A stretch of DNA of 63,737 nt, filler included, from Collodictyon triciliatum (lineage: Eukaryota), in assembly GCA_043381765.1 (NCBI GenBank). It is 25 parts of 25 records of this genome, joined end to end, with 100 filler letters (N's around TTAATTAATTAA, not from the genome) between each part and the next. Parts side by side here need not be neighbours in the genome. Positions count along the whole stretch, not along the records: positions 53,646 to 56,094 come from JBHJMP010008866.1; positions 56,195 to 58,642 come from JBHJMP010008867.1; positions 58,743 to 61,190 come from JBHJMP010008868.1; positions 61,291 to 63,737 come from JBHJMP010008869.1; 21 more parts are not named here. One strand, written 5' to 3'. The notes under the pieces are model-generated. The model made no database searches and had not been told where the DNA came from. It saw only the letters and a program-made list of their open reading frames with translations. This document shows, piece by piece, positions 53,646-63,737 of this stretch. The stretch's first letter is position 1; each line of letters opens with the position of its first letter. Made by a program: the position numbers and the translations under genes.

Positions 53646-54091
53646 GCAAGAAAGAGGGAGAAATCCCTTCGACAACCCCTACTGAAAAGACCCTAATACG
53701 GTCTGGAAGGAGGTGAGTCAACCATGCAGAGAAGTCCTCTTTGCACTCGACCTAGTGCTTATCAAATGAACCTCACTTCTCTTTTCACCATCCTTTTCGA
53801 CAGCTTGCGCCATCAAAGCAGTATTCCCCCTCCTCCATCCAATCATTATCATCCGTCCCTTTTTTTTCTCATACTCGCGGGACACTATCACGCGTCCCAC
53901 AAAAGAAATCCATGCGTCTCTTATCAAGCCTCAAGGACCTCTCTTTTCCCTTTTTTTTTTTATTTTTACCCTGTCTTTTCCTTTTTCTATCTCCCACACA
54001 TCCCCATCTACTTTGGAACTACTTGCCTGATGGTTGAATGAAAGATTGTTGAGACGGGCTCGACAGCAAGGATTTTTAGAATAAAAAAAAA
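53646..54091 (+). mobile_element. Family B retroelement 3' UTR with pyrimidine tract and A tail
   Basis: Shares 61 identical bp with the contig end at 10083-10143 and its terminal motif with 18159-18203. Confidence 0.75.
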
Positions 54092-54475
54092 CCTTGTTGG
54101 GATTTAAAACAGAGAAAACATCCAAAAGTTGACAATTTCAAACTTGTGTGCCCACCAAGGGTGACGGGGCAATATCATGTGCCACACACCATGAGTCATT
54201 TCTCTCTGGGACCGACCAACAAGTTTTCCTTGAAGAGTGGCACGAAATAGTTTTGATCAAGCCACCAAGAGGCTTCTCGGCGCACAGTATTTGATCGCTT
54301 AAAAAAAGCGACTAGTCATCAAGCGAATGTGCTCTCCTTTAGGGTTGATTGCATATTTTGCAGACCCTTCAACTCCTTTTTTTCTTTGTTCCCTTTTTGT
54401 AGGCACTTCAAAAAAAAAAAAAGCAATTAAACGTAAAGATCTTCGGGCTTGGGCTACCAGAAGTCAACTATTTAC

Positions 54476-55903
54476 ATGGAAACTGTCGAGATGATAGATA
54501 GGCAATCGGTCGCGAATACCCCAATAAGAACTTCGGAACTGCATATGATTGCTTTTAAAAATTCATGTGTCGTGCTTTGGGCGACAATACGAGAAATAGC
54601 CGTAACCCTTTTTTTGAGCCTAACATTTATGACTATGTATTACCTCCCTGCCCTTGTACTGACGGAATCCTTACTCGATAGAGTGGCATATGTATTATAT
54701 CTGAAATTATTGGTGGCTCTAATTTGGCTCTTTTACTGGATATCAATAACATTATGCACAATTCACATATTTAGTTTCCAATTTGCAAAGTTCAGTTTAG
54801 CTTTTGCTATTATGCCCGCTTATGTGATCGATAACTTGGTTTTCCTCATTCCTGACACCACAGGAAATTATTACATTTGGAATCTAAGCAACGTCTCACG
54901 AGTCCTTTTGTTTGCATTTGGGTTTTATTTGGTCTATAAAGTCAAAAAACCTGCACATATGCCTGAAGACCAAGAATCATATTTCAACATGACGAAAGAC
55001 GGAACTATAATGGGGTTATACAAAGGTGTCGTGGGATTTTTTGTTGTCACCGCATTTATGTGCTTTAATGTCATATCCTTCTATTTTAATGCAAGCTTTA
55101 CCATACAACTTATTTTGCGCTTCGTTGTCTTTCCAATATGCTTCAATTTTTCTCGGTGGTGGCAAGGATTTAGCGTCATCAATTTATCAAAAGATGGCAT
55201 GAGTAGGCGACTCGTTGTGAACAAAATGTGTAATATGATGCTTCAGTTGATGGGACGGATTTTGATATCCAACGTGTCAGCTAAAAGTGCACTTTCATTT
55301 GAATTCATTTTTACCAACGCCTGTGGGGCAGTAAGTGACTTTATCACATCATACACATATATTTCGCAGCTAAAACTTGCATACAGATTTAAAAAAAAAC
55401 TGGGAACAATTTTGGAAAGATTGGCGTTGTGCTTTGGTAGGCCACGTTTATCCTCTATTGTCCCTATCCACGAAATGCACCCATCAAACAGTGAAAGAGA
55501 CTTAATTGATGAAGGAGGTGATACAGTTCATATTCAAAGAGAAGAAATGAAGCATATTGAAACATCTTTGGAGTTCAGAGCGCTTTATTTCTTTGACGGT
55601 ATCGGGTTAGAATTACATACTTTGTTTGTAGCTACTACTCTAATGTATTTTCTCTCGGCAATATTCCCAGACACAAAGAATTTCAAGACAATATCATCAT
55701 GGAGCGAATATCTAAACCAAATTATGGTTCAGGTGGTGTTTGAGATTATTGGATCGCTGGCTTCCTTGCATTTTGAACTTTATCATAATCATTTGGATCC
55801 TGATTCTTTGAAAAATTGGAACCCCATGCCACGACTTCTCGTGTTCTCGTGGTCAATATTTTGCATTTTGATTATGCACACCGTTGTTTTGATCATTGGT
55901 TAA
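54476..55903 (+). CDS. Intronless multi-pass membrane protein, unknown family
   Basis: Uninterrupted ~475-aa ORF from ATG 54476 with about 10-12 hydrophobic segments. Confidence 0.75.
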   Translation: METVEMIDRQSVANTPIRTSELHMIAFKNSCVVLWATIREIAVTLFLSLTFMTMYYLPALVLTESLLDRVAYVLYLKLLVALIWLFYWISITLCTIHIFSFQFAKFSLAFAIMPAYVIDNLVFLIPDTTGNYYIWNLSNVSRVLLFAFGFYLVYKVKKPAHMPEDQESYFNMTKDGTIMGLYKGVVGFFVVTAFMCFNVISFYFNASFTIQLILRFVVFPICFNFSRWWQGFSVINLSKDGMSRRLVVNKMCNMMLQLMGRILISNVSAKSALSFEFIFTNACGAVSDFITSYTYISQLKLAYRFKKKLGTILERLALCFGRPRLSSIVPIHEMHPSNSERDLIDEGGDTVHIQREEMKHIETSLEFRALYFFDGIGLELHTLFVATTLMYFLSAIFPDTKNFKTISSWSEYLNQIMVQVVFEIIGSLASLHFELYHNHLDPDSLKNWNPMPRLLVFSWSIFCILIMHTVVLIIG

Positions 55904-55998
55904 TGCGATATAAACATATTTCAATCTGTTTGAAACTTGGTTTGAATCCATTTATGATCTCATATAGCTCATTACGACATACAAGGCTTTAGCTATTA

Positions 55999-56094
<96 letters not shown>

Positions 56095-56235
56095 NNNNNN
56101 NNNNNNNNNNNNNNNNNNNNNNNNNNNNNNNNNNNNNNTTAATTAATTAANNNNNNNNNNNNNNNNNNNNNNNNNNNNNNNNNNNNNNNNNNNNACAACA
56201 AACTACTAATATGACGGAGCGAGCTCTTTGAAACA

Positions 56236-56325
<90 letters not shown>

Positions 56326-56861
56326 GGAGAATAAAATATCTCGGGCTCAAGTCATCGACCCACGGGCAGCAAGATAAGTATGAATATAGTGCTCATTATT
56401 AGTTGCTCTGATTCATTCATCTGTTTCCCTTTTTTCTTTCTTCTTTTCCTTTTCTTTCTCTTTGGTCTCATTCAGCCTGTAAATAGATAAACTTCATTAC
56501 AAAGGTTGTGACGAACTTGATTTTATCCCTTTCGAGGCACACCACTTTTTATACAACGAAAGTGTACCTATATGCATAGCAATTTCTTGCACAGACAACC
56601 ATCGAATTAGATCTGGATTGACAAAAGCAGGAGCTTTGATGAATCCAAGAAGCAACCTGAATAACATAATAGTATGATTAGTATATATAATAAGGTTAAA
56701 AAATACTTAGTTGTCTCATTCTATTCCTGTAATTAATCTATATTTTATTTTTCATTTATGCAATATTATAATTAAAATTTCAAGATTACAAACAAGCCCT
56801 TGCCTTGACCCAGTCAGAACCCACCCTATAAACCTGTCACCAAAAATGGGCTATAACCCAT

Positions 56862-58145
56862 TTGCATCATGTCATTCCCAACGATATTGTAAATGGTATC
56901 GAATATGACGTCAAAGTCAATCCAAAGAAGTACATTCCGTGTTTGATTCACATGAATCGCATTTTTGAGGACATTGGAACCAAAACTGTTTCAACCAATC
57001 CCCATAAGAACTATCAATATACCATGTCATATTACTCTAGATACCACACGTTTGATAGATCTATTAGTATCAACTGAAAAAACATTATTACTGAAGAATA
57101 TATCAGGATGCAAAGAGACCTATGGTTTGATTTCTTTGAAATGAAGAAGAGAGTATTTCATCAAAGAGACTACAATTTTAAATACATGGTACAAACAGAC
57201 GGCTTGGCGGTATCATTATTATTCGGAAAGAAAGGTATCTCAAATCCCAAATTCAAAATTCAAAATATAATCAAAAAACCCAAGAATATGTTATATAGAT
57301 GAACTTTCCGAAGAGCAGTTATCTTAACTAGCGAAAAAAAATATAGTTTGAGTGGGCGCAGGCAAGTTTAATTTGATTTACATGGTGGATGAGTTAGGTA
57401 AAGAAATTACGTTACACGACGCACCAAACAAGACATGATAGCAAATATCTTAGAAATCACAAAATACTCTTGCGCGAGAAAAAAAAAGCACAATTATTCA
57501 GGGATATGCGTGGCAACAGGTTTACAAAGTGCTGTTTCTTTTGGTCACATGACTATTGAAGAGAATCAGCGGTTTGAGGCATCAAGAGTATCTTTAATCG
57601 ATTTAGAGACAGAACTGAGTAAACATAATTCACGCACGGTCGATTATGAAAAATTTCGAAAATATGTATCTATGAAATCAAGATACCAGACAGAACTATC
57701 CAGATTTTATGAACAAGTACCTTTTCGAAAGATGAGATGGAGACAGTATGTTAATACAAAAAGGAGTGAACAGTTGTTTATGGACCGAATCGAAAAGACA
57801 TTTGGCAAGGATGTTGTACTGGCGAATGGAGACTGGAGCAGAAAATCTCAGATGAAACATTCTAAGCCAACAGTCGGAAGAGGATTACGAACAATACTAT
57901 CCAAACGTTTTGAAATAGTTATTGTAGATGGATTTAGAACCTCCAAGATGTGTTGTAACTGCGAAGAAGAACTGGAATATGTGACACTGAAAGGAAACCC
58001 AAAAAAGGTGTATAGATGTCTCATATGTAAATAATGCAATCACTCAGAAAGCAAACAAAGCGTATTCTTGACAAGGGACTTTAACAGCGATAAAAATATA
58101 CCCAGCAAAGTTCTTCAAATTCTTAAAAAAAAAAACTTCCTCTAA
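56862..58145 (+). pseudogene. Fanzor1 (eukaryotic TnpB-like RNA-guided RuvC nuclease), 5' truncated and inactivated
   Basis: Across frameshifts: YDVKVNPKKY, LFQPIPIRT..PCHITLDT, VQTDGLAVSLLF, RuvC-I remnant IV*VGAG (57343-57363), FRKMRW, GDWS, VDGFRTSKMCCNC, CK*C and RuvC-III TRDFNS. Confidence 0.9.
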
Positions 58146-58149
58146 AAAA

Positions 58150-58260
58150 CAGGCTGTTGGGTCTTTCTTGGCAGCCTTCACCACTACACAACCTTTGTGA
58201 AAAAAGTGGTGAGACCTTGAATACTAATGCACAAGGTTTACCAATCGAAAGGTGGTACAC
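58150..58260 (+). ncRNA. Candidate Fanzor omegaRNA scaffold
   Basis: Four adjacent hairpins immediately after the Fanzor stop: 58152-58176, 58178-58212, 58214-58237 and 58239-58257 (GAAA loop). Confidence 0.55.
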
Positions 58261-58900
58261 TCCTTCTAGTTTAGTAGTATAAACACACAGCAAACTTCTA
58301 ATATTGTATCATGAGCTATTATAAGAAATAGATGAGTGTTTTTGTGATGATTCATGTAATTTTGAGTTTCATTATTTTTTTTTTTTTGTATCTGCTGAGA
58401 AGACTTCCAAATCGCATGCGGGCAAGGTGTTTTTCCACAAACTTAATCGCTTTCTGAAACAAGAGCGAACAGTTGTCGACCGTCGGAGGACTTTCTGTGC
58501 ATACCTTCACTCAACAAACCAGAACGATTCTGTCGTGCTTCAAAAGAAAAAAGAGTTTATTAATACCCAACGCTAGCAACCTCCGCTTTGTCTTGATAAC
58601 AAAAGTAATCGAATTCTCACTATTTTATTTGACTTTGTTTTTNNNNNNNNNNNNNNNNNNNNNNNNNNNNNNNNNNNNNNNNNNNNTTAATTAATTAANN
58701 NNNNNNNNNNNNNNNNNNNNNNNNNNNNNNNNNNNNNNNNNNTTGTTTGTTTGTTTGTTTGTTTGTTTGTTTGTTTGTTTGTTTGTTTGTTTGTTTGTTT
58801 GTTTGTTTGTTTGTTTGTTTGTTTGTTTGTTTGTTTGTCTATCTATCTATCTGTTTGTTTGTTTAAAATATTGCCTTAACTCTTTCACGGATTGATGCAG

Positions 58901-59411
58901 GAAAACATAGCCGATTTGGCACCCAACAAGGCAAATTGGGACCTGAAGCGCATGCTATCAAAAAAAATGGATGTGCTGGAGAAGGCAACGAAGAAGGCAT
59001 TGCTCGAGATTATTGGTTGGTTTCTTTTATTTAATTCGTTTTCTTTCTGGTATCAACATACACTTAATTTTAGAAGTTTATGTATCTCATTTTTTTTCTA
59101 TTTGAATTCTAAAACTTCCGTCTGAATAAGTGGAACTTGCTTGTTATAATTTGTGATTCGGTTCCATTTTCCCAATATCGCACCTTGTTATGTTTAACAC
59201 TGTATATCACGTCCTCGCGTGGTTCCCCAGTCTTTCTGCAAAATTATTAAGCTAATTCTTTAAACATGGAACAGAGGAGACTGCGGCTGCCCAAGAGTCA
59301 GACTCGGATGATGATGATGATGATGAAGATGATGAAGATGAAGGTGAGGTTGAGAGCGATAACGAGGATGGCGAGTCTAGTGAAAAAAACGTAGATGATG
59401 ATTCCGACTAA
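58901..59411 (+). CDS. CCDC12: Splicing factor CCDC12/Cwf18, 3' part
   Basis: DLAPNKANWDLKRMLSKKMDVLEKATKKALLEII, followed by an acidic terminal exon. Confidence 0.85.
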
Positions 59412-60096
59412 GCGATAATAAACTCCTACAAGTAGCATTCTTAAACAAAATAAAAAGGCATCACTCTTGGAAGCTGAAGCATGCACAATCCTATGCAATG
59501 ATAGTAGTGCCACAGTTCAAGAGACAACCAAAAAAAAATATAGGGAAGAAAAAATAAGATAATACAACGATTCAGTGCGTTAAACATCCCTGCCGAGACA
59601 TTTGGTTATGACGGGAGCGTTCGGCTACCTGCAGGTAAATATAGGGATATGGAAACTAATGAGCTGGCCTTGTCCACTTTGCCATGGGCAGCAGCACATG
59701 AGGAGGATTTGTTATAACGAGGTATGTTTTGGTCTTACGACCAGAGCCAGCATCCTATTGGCCCGGTGGGGTGGGCAGGGGATGAATGATGCTTGAAGTA
59801 GGGACACCGGGCGATGTGAGAATGGATACGTGGCCGTTCATAACTTACTCGTATTCGTTAATTATTTTTTTTTTTATTCACTCTTTGAAGTTAAGAGGGA
59901 ATATAGTGGAATGACAGAGGAGGGTTTCCACCGACAGAGAAAGTGGAGTTGTTGGATAAGGAGGTATAAGTGAGAATGCTTTTTTTTTAATCAACAACTA
60001 CAAAACAGCCCAGTAGAAAAGGCTGGGGCTGTATGATTTTCCCCTTTGTGTGTGATTTCGTGTCCCAGGGAATCTCTCACGTTAGCCCAGACTCTG

Positions 60097-61017
60097 TCAT
60101 ACATTTGATGCAAGTCCCGTAGTTGTTCGTGTCGTGTCTACAGATGCAAGGGCTGCTGCATCAAATATGTTGACGACACCAGCCGCGTACGAGACTGCAA
60201 GGCGGTCGCCCCGTCTATTCCAGCCAATGTCAAAAATGCCGCTCGGCCCAACATGAGCCTTAACAAGGCATTTATCCTAAGACAGCAGTATACAAAATAC
60301 CTCAAAGTTAATCGGGTAGTACTTAGAGTGCGTCATAATGCATCTATTTCTGCTAAAAAAAAAAATTTTTTTTTTGTAAGTTCTTGATGAAAATAAAAAG
60401 AAGCCCACATAAATTCAGATGGCTGAAAGTTATTCACCTTAACAGAATAGATGCGAAGCACTCTATCGCTATAGGCCACTGCGATAAAGTCTCCTGAAGG
60501 CGAAAATTGTATGGACGTGATATGCCCGTTGATGCTGTTGATTGTGTGGATGCAAGTTCCATTTTCGGGATTCCACAGTTTCACTGTCCCGTCATTTGAG
60601 CCGCTGTTATGAATTAGAGCAATTATGATATATGTTTGCAATAGACAAAAATAAAAAAATGAACTGGGTAGTGTGCATTTTTTTTTGATGAAAAGAGGTA
60701 TGTAAAACTGTTATGGTGCGATACTATACACAAAACTATTGTTCAAAAACATCACTAAAGGCTTATTATCATTATCACACAAATCAGATTTCGCAATACA
60801 AAATTGAATAAACCTTGCTAAAAGGTTAGGTTTCAGAGGATTCTTGCTACCAACTCCGGTAGGACTCCATGACAAACAAACAACTTCTTTGGTATGTCCA
60901 GTGAGTTCAAACAGGTGAGCTTCCTGCTTCATGTTCCACAGGCGAATGGTGCTGTCGCTTGAACACGAAGCCAATACATTGGATGATGGGTCCCATAAAG
61001 CCATATTGACCTCGTCC
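60097..61017 (-). CDS. TBL1XR1: TBL1/TBL1XR1-like (Ebi/Sif2/HOS15) WD40 protein, 3' part
   Basis: EVNMALWDPSSNVLASCSSD, WSPTGVGSKNP, GIFDIGWNRRGDRLA. Confidence 0.88.
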
Positions 61018-61542
61018 TGCACACAGGATATAAGCAGAGCATTCAAATGCAACCAAATTAAAACAATAGTCTATCAAATTGACCAGTGGTGAAAAGAAAA
61101 AAGAAAAAAGAAAAAAGAAAAAAGAAAAAAGAAAAAAGAAAAAAGAAAAAAGAAAAAGAAAAAAGAAAAAAGAAAAAAGAAAAAAGAAAANNNNNNNNNN
61201 NNNNNNNNNNNNNNNNNNNNNNNNNNNNNNNNNNTTAATTAATTAANNNNNNNNNNNNNNNNNNNNNNNNNNNNNNNNNNNNNNNNNNNNTTCTCTTTCT
61301 CTTTCTCTTTCTCTTTCTCTTTCTCTTTCTCTTTCTCTTTCTCTTTCTCTTTCTCTTTCTCTTTCTCTTTCTCTTCTCTTCTCTCCTCTCCTCTCCTTTT
61401 TTTTCAGTCAAGAAATCATATATATATACAATTTTATCATCTATGTTTGATTACCCATCCATGTCATGAAATGTGAATTGAAAAAAAAAAGAAGAGGAAG
61501 AAGATCAAACAGTATCGTAATATATTTCCTGCTTTATTTAGA

Positions 61543-63029
61543 GTTTAGTGCAAATCAAGATGCAGCTTCCAAAAAGAAGTCTATGTTTAGTTTTCGACCA
61601 CGTAGCAACAGCCGAAAGAGTCAAGGATATGCACCATTCCAGGGACAGAATTCTCCCCTTAGTCCCAATCGCCTTTCTGTCCAATCTTCTTCTGAGATTA
61701 AGGGTACGTATCATTTACACAAATTAACTCTATTCTCGTTCCCAAAAGGGCCAATAGTCTATAATACCAATACCTAATTCACTCCTAAACTCCCCATCTT
61801 ACATAAATCGATAACAAGAATAATGATTAAAATTGATTATGTTAAATAATTGCTCTTCACGTAAAGAAAAATATAACAAAAAAAAAAAAACACTCAGGAA
61901 GCAATCTCAGCCTCCCATCTTGCCCAACTTGCAAGACAAACGAAGGAACTATATGGAAAGAAGGAGTAAAATACAGCTGTCTTCTGTGTCTCAATAAATT
62001 CTCACTATCAGAAGATGGGTCAAGTAAAGCAGGTATACCTAGTTCTTCATAAGGCTTATAGCAGATTATATCACTCACATAAATCGCGATTACTACACCT
62101 GCCTATCTTTCACTTGTGCAGCCTTCTTTATTTATGCTCTGATCTACCCTATCCAGTTACCTTTGATCTTTGACACTCCAGCCATGAACAACCTATTTTA
62201 TTTCTAACTAGGATACATATATAAATGTCTATGCAGAAATCAGATCCAGAGCCGGAACTGTATGGGAATCTATTCCCGAGCCAAAGTCCACCCGCCAAAA
62301 GAGGGCTGAGGCGCTGTTAAAGAAACATGGAATCGAGAAAGTCCCAAATATTCCGCCCCCAAGACCGCCAGGTGCTCGTCCAAGCAAGCAATTCAAAAAG
62401 CCCATCCCGAAGGCGAAGGAGAACAAAATAGTACCCAATTTGATGGGAGCAGAATTAAATATGGAAGGAAGCACAAGCCATATATCACTCTTGGATGCTC
62501 TTATATCGGTCTCTGCACCCACACCCAGGGCAAAGGCGGGAATTGATGGATTTGAAGTCGATAAAATATTTGGTGCGGAGCTAGATGGGATTGCAGACCA
62601 TGACGAGGACGACGTTAGTGATGAAGGGAGTGAGGACGATGATGAATTGGAAGACGACCTTGGAGTTCTCGTCAGAACTATCCAAATATCATCTCAACCC
62701 CAAGCCGACACTGATTCCCTAGACTTCCTGCAGTCAGCCATCACACGCTGCCGAAGTGAGTCTGTGGTCAAGAAACACAGTGAACTCCTTGCGTCAAAGG
62801 GCCGGCCTGATAGTTCCCAACTGCCCCCTCTCAGTGTTCTCAGCGAAGGAATGGAGTCAGGTAAGAATAGACTGCCGTTTTTTTTCTTAAAAAAACAAAA
62901 AACAAAAACAAAGAATGAAATTGATTTACTTGTAAATATAAAAGAAACCATAGAAGCATACTTAAAAATTTACGCGCATGTTTAGATAGCCCCTTTTCCT
63001 TTTCCTTTTCTTGCTCCTTTTCTTGCTCC

Positions 63030-63078
<49 letters not shown>

Positions 63079-63561
63079 TAGTATCCTCCCTATTTTTTCT
63101 ATTTTTTATTACCTTGTCTACAGTAGAATGGATATATATATATACGGGTAATAACCGTCATAGAAAATGAATAATAATCACCTCGCCATTTCTATGAAGC
63201 CGATGCCGAGGCAGCTCAGCCCCCACATGGTTCAAAGGAAACACCAATCCCTTCACAAGGCTCTGCATCCATACCACCATCCCTTCCTTTACCCGCAGCG
63301 GACCACACTGACGAAAAAGCAACAACATCACCATCACTATCATCTCCGCCTCCTCCGCCCCCACTACCACCACCATTATCATCATCATCATCAGCAGCAG
63401 CAGCAGAAGCAGCAGCACCTCCTCCGCCTCCACCGCCTCCGCCTATGATGAAATCGAACAATGCCCTCGGAGGCGCTCCACCACCACCACCTCCTCCTCC
63501 ACCGCCGGGAGGGATTTCGGTGAAAAAGCCTCCTCCAAGCTCTCCGAAAGGTGGATTGGAC
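61543..63561 (+). CDS. Partial gene with a CxxC...CxxC motif, acidic tract and polyproline tracts (FH1/WASP-like)
   Basis: Exons give CPTCKTNEG...SCLLC, DDVSDEGSEDDDELEDD and several PPPPPPPP runs. Confidence 0.55.
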
Positions 63562-63737
63562 GGTATGCATATTAAACACATGAAACCATATTTGTTTCTT
63601 GATTTATGTTTCGATTCTACATATTTTGTTCTCTTCCTTGTCCTTGTCCTTGTCCTTGTCCTTGTCCTTGTCCTTGTCCTTGTCCTTGTCCTTGTCCTTG
63701 TCCTTGTCCTTGTCCCGTCCCTTTGCCTCTCCCTTTT

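Noticed and set aside
57300-58040. In-frame TAA/TGA in the Fanzor as stop-codon reassignment or selenocysteine
   Set aside because: They co-occur with frameshifts and catalytic substitutions, and conserved genes end in TAG (NAA30), TGA (METAP1D, TBL1) and TAA (CCDC12).
63158-63581. Gly-rich and His-rich alternative-frame ORFs
   Set aside because: Shadows of the polyproline-coding exon on the + strand.

Overview
This is not a contiguous locus. It is 25 unrelated ~2.45-kb contigs joined by an artificial 100-nt spacer (44 N + TTAATTAATTAA + 44 N), with most contig ends broken at microsatellites or repeats. The source is an AT-rich, intron-rich eukaryote (GT-AG introns, standard code, all three stop codons used). 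KIF9 suggests it is flagellated and METAP1D/LYR proteins suggest mitochondria, so probably a protist. Recognisable gene fragments: Kv channel, PAS-histidine kinase, KIF9, NAA30, LYR protein, GT90/POGLUT-like, LRR protein, METAP1D, cNMP-binding protein, GPS-like membrane protein, long-chain acyl-CoA synthetase, BTB/BACK-CUE protein, NHL-repeat protein, cAMP-receptor-like GPCR, CCDC12, TBL1-like WD40 and a polyproline protein. The most notable item is a decayed Fanzor1 (eukaryotic TnpB-like RNA-guided nuclease) at ~56862-58145, followed directly by four back-to-back hairpins that fit an omegaRNA scaffold. Also notable: several families of very short (about 20-160 nt) retro-insertions with A-rich tails and target-site duplications, one of them traceable to a LINE zf-RVT fragment; an intronless kinase pseudogene missed by the ORF track; and a degenerate tRNA-Ala. 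All family assignments come from motif recognition by eye, with no database searches.
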